A stretch of 48,037 bases of DNA. Origin: an uncultured Eubacteriales bacterium (GTDB lineage: Bacteria > Bacillota > Clostridia > Oscillospirales > Acutalibacteraceae). A program made the position numbers and the translations under genes. The notes below the pieces were generated by a model, which was not told where the DNA came from, did not search any database, and was given only the letters and a program-made list of their open reading frames with translations. The stretch lies in assembly GCA_964447545.1 (NCBI GenBank), contig CAYUTE010000008.1, positions 1 through 48,037 of the forward strand, written 5' to 3'. Shown here piece by piece: positions 44,804 through 48,037 of the stretch (its first letter is position 1; each line of letters begins with the position of its first letter).

Positions 44804-45850
44804 CTAATTTTTATCTAAAAAACTGATTTGCTCGCCTGATTTGTTTGGGTTTTTATATCCTAAATGTAAGTACGCTGCAGGCGTCGCACAGCGCCCCCTG
44901 GGAGTTCTACTCAGAAACCCGATTTGCATTAAAAACGGCTCGTATATATCTTCTATGGTTACTGTTTCTTCTCCAATAGAAGCTGCTAAGGTTTCTAATC
45001 CGACAGGCCCTCCGCCATAAAAAGAAATCATGGTTTCAAGAAGTCTTCTATCGTTTGAATCTAATCCCAACTCGTCTATTTCCATTTTCGTTAAAGCGGT
45101 TTTTGCAATTTTATAGTCTATTTCTCCACTACCAACGACCAAAGCGAAATCTCTAACCCTTTTTAATAATCTGTTTGCAATTCTGGGGGTGCCTCTGGAG
45201 CGAGACGCAATTTCAAGAGCGCCTTCTTGATTTATTCTTATTTTTAAAATTTTTGCGCTTCTGGTTACTATTTTTGCAAGTTCTTCCGGCGTATACATTT
45301 CTAATCTTAAAACCATACCAAAACGGTCACGCAAAGGCGCCGTTAATTGACCTGCACGAGTTGTTGCTCCAACAAGGGTGAATTTCGGTAAAGGTAGGTG
45401 ATATGACGTTGCCATTTGTCCTTTACCTGTTACTATATCTATTGAAAAATCTTCCATTGCAGGATACAAGATTTCTTCTACGCTTCTGGGCAAACGATGA
45501 ATCTCATCTATAAATAGCACGTCGCCTTCGGAGAGATTGGTTAGTAGAGCAGCTAAATCGCCCGGTTTTTCTATTGCAGGGCCGGATGTGATTCTTATAT
45601 TTACTCCCATTTCATTAGCTATAATCATAGAAAGAGTAGTTTTGCCGAGCCCCGGAGGGCCATAAAGAAGAACATGGTCAAGGGGCTCTTTTCGTATTTT
45701 TGCTGCTTCTATAAATACAGAAAGATTTTCTTTAACTTTTTCTTGCCCTATATAATCACTTAACGATTTGGGGCGTAAAGGATTATCGGTTTCTGCATCT
45801 TCTATCATTTCGGCCGGATTTAAAATTTGATTTTCCGATTCCGTGTTCAT
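44804..45850 (-). CDS. ruvB: Holliday junction branch migration helicase RuvB
   Basis: [12 protein letters not shown], Walker [26 protein letters not shown]. Confidence 0.95.
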   Translation of the reverse strand: MNTESENQILNPAEMIEDAETDNPLRPKSLSDYIGQEKVKENLSVFIEAAKIRKEPLDHVLLYGPPGLGKTTLSMIIANEMGVNIRITSGPAIEKPGDLAALLTNLSEGDVLFIDEIHRLPRSVEEILYPAMEDFSIDIVTGKGQMATSYHLPLPKFTLVGATTRAGQLTAPLRDRFGMVLRLEMYTPEELAKIVTRSAKILKIRINQEGALEIASRSRGTPRIANRLLKRVRDFALVVGSGEIDYKIAKTALTKMEIDELGLDSNDRRLLETMISFYGGGPVGLETLAASIGEETVTIEDIYEPFLMQIGFLSRTPRGRCATPAAYLHLGYKNPNKSGEQISFLDKN

Positions 45851-45852
45851 AT

Positions 45853-46461
45853 CTATACTCCTTTACTCATACACTTTAATACTTTTTCTATTAATTTTTC
45901 TACCGGTAAGTCTTTATCTTCATCCGATAAACATGGTAGTATATCTTGCTCAGAATACCCTAAAACCGCAAGCGCTCTTTTTGCCTCTTGTATATTTGCA
46001 CTGCTAACACTAAATTTAAAACTTTGATTTGGCAAATTTTCAATTTGAGGAGATATTTTCAATATTTTATCTTTTAGTTCTAAAACTATTCTTTGTGCAG
46101 TTTTTATTCCTATTCCGGAGGCTTCGGTTAGAGACTTCGCATCTCCAAAAGATACAAATCTTGATATCTGAGCAGGGGAAAAACTAGAGAGAATAGAAAG
46201 TGCAGCTTTGGGGCCCACTCCGGATACAGCAGTTAGAAGTTTAAAACATTCAAGCTCAGTTTTTTCTGCAAATCCAAAAAGGTCAACTGCATCTTGTCTG
46301 ACGTTCATTAGAGTATAAACCATAACTGTTTGACCAATTTTTTCGTTTAATTTTGATTGTGTGTACATTGAAGACATACATTTGTATCCGACTCCGGAGC
46401 ATTCAATTACAATAAAACTATTTTCAATTAGCAGTAAAGTTCCATTAAGACTATAAATCAT
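45853..46461 (-). CDS. ruvA: Holliday junction DNA-binding protein RuvA
   Basis: MIYSLNGTL start 9 nt after AGGAGAG. The ORF-track start at 46500 adds 13 non-homologous residues. HhH motifs GVGPKAAL and [10 protein letters not shown]. Confidence 0.9.
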   Translation of the reverse strand: MIYSLNGTLLLIENSFIVIECSGVGYKCMSSMYTQSKLNEKIGQTVMVYTLMNVRQDAVDLFGFAEKTELECFKLLTAVSGVGPKAALSILSSFSPAQISRFVSFGDAKSLTEASGIGIKTAQRIVLELKDKILKISPQIENLPNQSFKFSVSSANIQEAKRALAVLGYSEQDILPCLSDEDKDLPVEKLIEKVLKCMSKGV

Positions 46462-46496
46462 ATTAAAAAACTCTCCTAAAACAAATAATATTAAAA

Positions 46497-46997
46497 TCAA
46501 GCCCGAAGCTTATTATATACATATTGTATTCCTAGTGAATTGGCGTGGCATATTGCAATTGCCAGTGCATCTGCAGTATCATCAGGTTTTGGGATTTCTT
46601 TAAGCTTTAAGAGGCGTTGCGTCATTACCATAACCTGCGGTTTCATCGCTTTACCGTATCCGGTAACAGCTGTTTTTACTTGTAGGGGAGTATATTCGAA
46701 TATAGGCACTTTGTATTTTTTTGCCGCAAGCATTATAACGCCCCTTGCTTGAGCAACGTCTATTGCCGTTTTGTGATTGTTCTGAAAGTAAAGTTTTTCT
46801 ATGGAAACAGCATCAGGTTTATACTTCTTTAAAACTTCACATAATTTATCGAATATTATTTCTAATCTATCTGAAAATTTTTCGTTTGCACTAGTAAATA
46901 TAGCCCCATGTTCAACCGGTATATATTTACCGCACTTAAACTCAATAATTCCGTATCCAACTATTGCATAGCCGGGGTCTATACCTAAAATTTTCAT
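46497..46997 (-). CDS. ruvC: Crossover junction endodeoxyribonuclease RuvC
   Basis: MKILGIDPGYAIVGYG, EKLYF, DDTADALAIAICH catalytic acidic residues. Confidence 0.9.
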   Translation of the reverse strand: MKILGIDPGYAIVGYGIIEFKCGKYIPVEHGAIFTSANEKFSDRLEIIFDKLCEVLKKYKPDAVSIEKLYFQNNHKTAIDVAQARGVIMLAAKKYKVPIFEYTPLQVKTAVTGYGKAMKPQVMVMTQRLLKLKEIPKPDDTADALAIAICHANSLGIQYVYNKLRA

Positions 46998-47202
46998 TCA
47001 GATCACCTCTAACCCAATAATTATATCACGTCGTTATTTAAAAATAAAATATTTAAATATATATTTTCTATTGTTTTTTCAAAACACGATATAAAATGAA
47101 ATCATACCGGTATGTTTTACGGTTTTTAAAACACTTCGAAGACAAGTTGGTTTTTGATTTAAAAAACTAAAAATAGGGGAGAAAACGCGGCGAGATTTTT
47201 TC

Positions 47203-47232
47203 TTGACTTTGAATCATAAAAAGTTGTATAAT
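47203..47232 (+). promoter_or_regulatory. Sigma-A promoter of tRNA-Pro
   Basis: TTGACT (47203-47208), 18 nt, TGTATAAT (hexamer 47227-47232). It is 10 nt upstream of the tRNA 5' end. Confidence 0.7.
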
Positions 47233-47242
47233 ACCAATGTAT

Positions 47243-47319
47243 CTGGGTGTGGCGCAGTTTGGTAGCGCGCTTGAATGGGGTTCAAGAGGCCGCTGGTTCG
47301 ATTCCAGTCACTCAGACCA
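47243..47319 (+). tRNA. tRNA-Pro (anticodon GGG), CCA-encoded
   Basis: Hand-folded cloverleaf. Acceptor CTGGGTG/CACTCAG (C1-G72, A73), D arm GCGC/GCGC, anticodon stem CTTGA/TCAAG with loop AT-GGG-GT (G37), T arm GCTGG-TTCGATT-CCAGT, 3' ACCA. 77 nt. Confidence 0.9.
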
Positions 47320-47382
47320 TAGTATAGTCTGCTTTAGACCAAACGTTTTATTTCTATATTAAATATGACACTTTATGTAACA

Positions 47383-47422
47383 AAAGTACTCTAAGCATCT
47401 TTAACGTTAGAGTACTTTTTTA
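47383..47422. terminator. Bidirectional terminator between tRNA-Pro and the convergent hypothetical gene
   Basis: Stem AAAGTACTCTAA/TTAGAGTACTTT (47383-47394 / 47407-47418). It has a T-run on the plus strand and an A-run upstream, which reads as a T-run on the minus strand. Confidence 0.75.
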
Positions 47423-47503
47423 TATTACTGATTATAATCAAGTATTAACATTGGATCTATAAACTTTTTGTCATAAGTTGGTTTAATTATGCCCAACTGC
47501 CGC

Positions 47504-48004
47504 TCACCAAACACCGCCGCTCGTCAAATATATACATTTTACTATATTATTTTCATCAAATTGAAATTCTATCCATGTTTCACCTTCGCATACTTGTATA
47601 TGATCTTCCTTTGACCATTTTATTTTATGTCTGTAAACACTCTCTACTTCTTTTCTGGTAGAACCTACTCCAATTTTCCACATTCCAAACCTATATTGCT
47701 TTCCTGCTACTTTTACATATTCTAAAGCGCCTGATTTTATGCAAGTATATCCAAATTCCAATCCATCATAGTGTACAACATGTCCCCAGCCATTTTTTTC
47801 TTCTATTCTCAACGGTTCGCCCATTTTTTCTACTACTGATTCATATAATTTAGCACGCGGAAGCCCTACTTTGCCAAAATAGTCTTTTTCATAACGAAAT
47901 ATCGGATGTCTTAATAAATATATTCCAAATATTAAGATTAAACAGGATATTATGCTGAATATTATGCGTACTTTTTTATTTAATTTTATTTTTAATTTTT
48001 TCAT
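47504..48004 (-). CDS. Hypothetical membrane-anchored protein
   Basis: 166 aa, Lys-rich N-terminus then one TM (IIFSIISCLILIFGIYLL). I recognise no motif. Confidence 0.4.
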   Translation of the reverse strand: MKKLKIKLNKKVRIIFSIISCLILIFGIYLLRHPIFRYEKDYFGKVGLPRAKLYESVVEKMGEPLRIEEKNGWGHVVHYDGLEFGYTCIKSGALEYVKVAGKQYRFGMWKIGVGSTRKEVESVYRHKIKWSKEDHIQVCEGETWIEFQFDENNIVKCIYLTSGGVW

Positions 48005-48037
48005 TTTACTAACTCTCCGTTTTTATATTTCACCAAT

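Noticed and set aside
46462-46500. The upstream extension of ruvA (MILILFVLGEFFN...) overlapping ruvC.
   Set aside because: The conserved RuvA N-terminus begins at MIYSLNG (46461), with AGGAGAG 9 nt upstream. The extension is not RuvA-like.
47243-48037. tRNA-Pro as an integration hotspot with an island beginning downstream.
   Set aside because: Only about 700 bp follow the tRNA in this window. That stretch contains a terminator and one small hypothetical gene. No integrase and no direct repeat of the tRNA 3' end is visible.
1-48037. CRISPR arrays, toxin-antitoxin pairs, restriction-modification or other recognisable defence systems.
   Set aside because: No spaced direct repeats were seen, and no ORFs have the corresponding motifs. 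The only ATPase/nuclease pair (34333..38074) matches the conserved YhaO/YhaN (SbcCD-like) housekeeping pattern.

Overview
This 48-kb chromosomal window comes from a low-GC, endospore-forming Firmicute that looks Clostridia-like. The sporulation markers are spoIIAA-spoIIAB-sigF, whiA, a ylbJ-like gene and a yqfC-yqfD-ybeY-dgkA-era-yqzL-recO cluster. Nearly all of it is densely packed core housekeeping: the valS 3' end, murB, hprK, rpsF-ssb-rpsR, mtaB, trx/trxB, T-box-controlled thrS, SRP RNA-dnaX-ybaB-recR, yhaO/yhaN-like nuclease/ATPase, truA-ecfT-ecfA2-ecfA1, glmM, ruvCAB and tRNA-Pro(GGG). I found no CRISPR array, transposase, phage structural gene or recognisable defence gene. The main finding is that the ferrous-iron transporter gene feoB is split into two intact, colinear halves on the minus strand. 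The 5' part is 30386..28980 and the 3' part is 19202..18465, 9,777 bp apart. A large serine recombinase gene sits 24 bp inside one junction. Both junctions carry the same AAT core, flanked on the insert side by symmetric imperfect inverted repeats. Deleting exactly the intervening 9,777 bp restores an in-frame 714-codon feoB across the conserved ...VPCNGR|FP... segment. This is the architecture of sporulation or heterocyst 'intervening elements' such as skin/sigK and SPbeta/spsM. Two things differ: the interrupted gene is an iron transporter, and the cargo is core translation/one-carbon genes (fhs, fmt, prfA, tsaC) plus envelope and peptidase genes rather than prophage genes. Excision activity, its timing and the uniqueness of the cargo genes cannot be determined from the sequence alone. 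Secondary observations are listed as findings: Fur-like palindromes by the feo locus, an ecfA1 with no canonical start codon, a consensus promoter with a weak terminator upstream of ybeY, a short 4.5S-type SRP RNA, an in-phase A-AAA-AAA heptamer in dnaX, a WCMPC thioredoxin and a TGS-less ThrRS.
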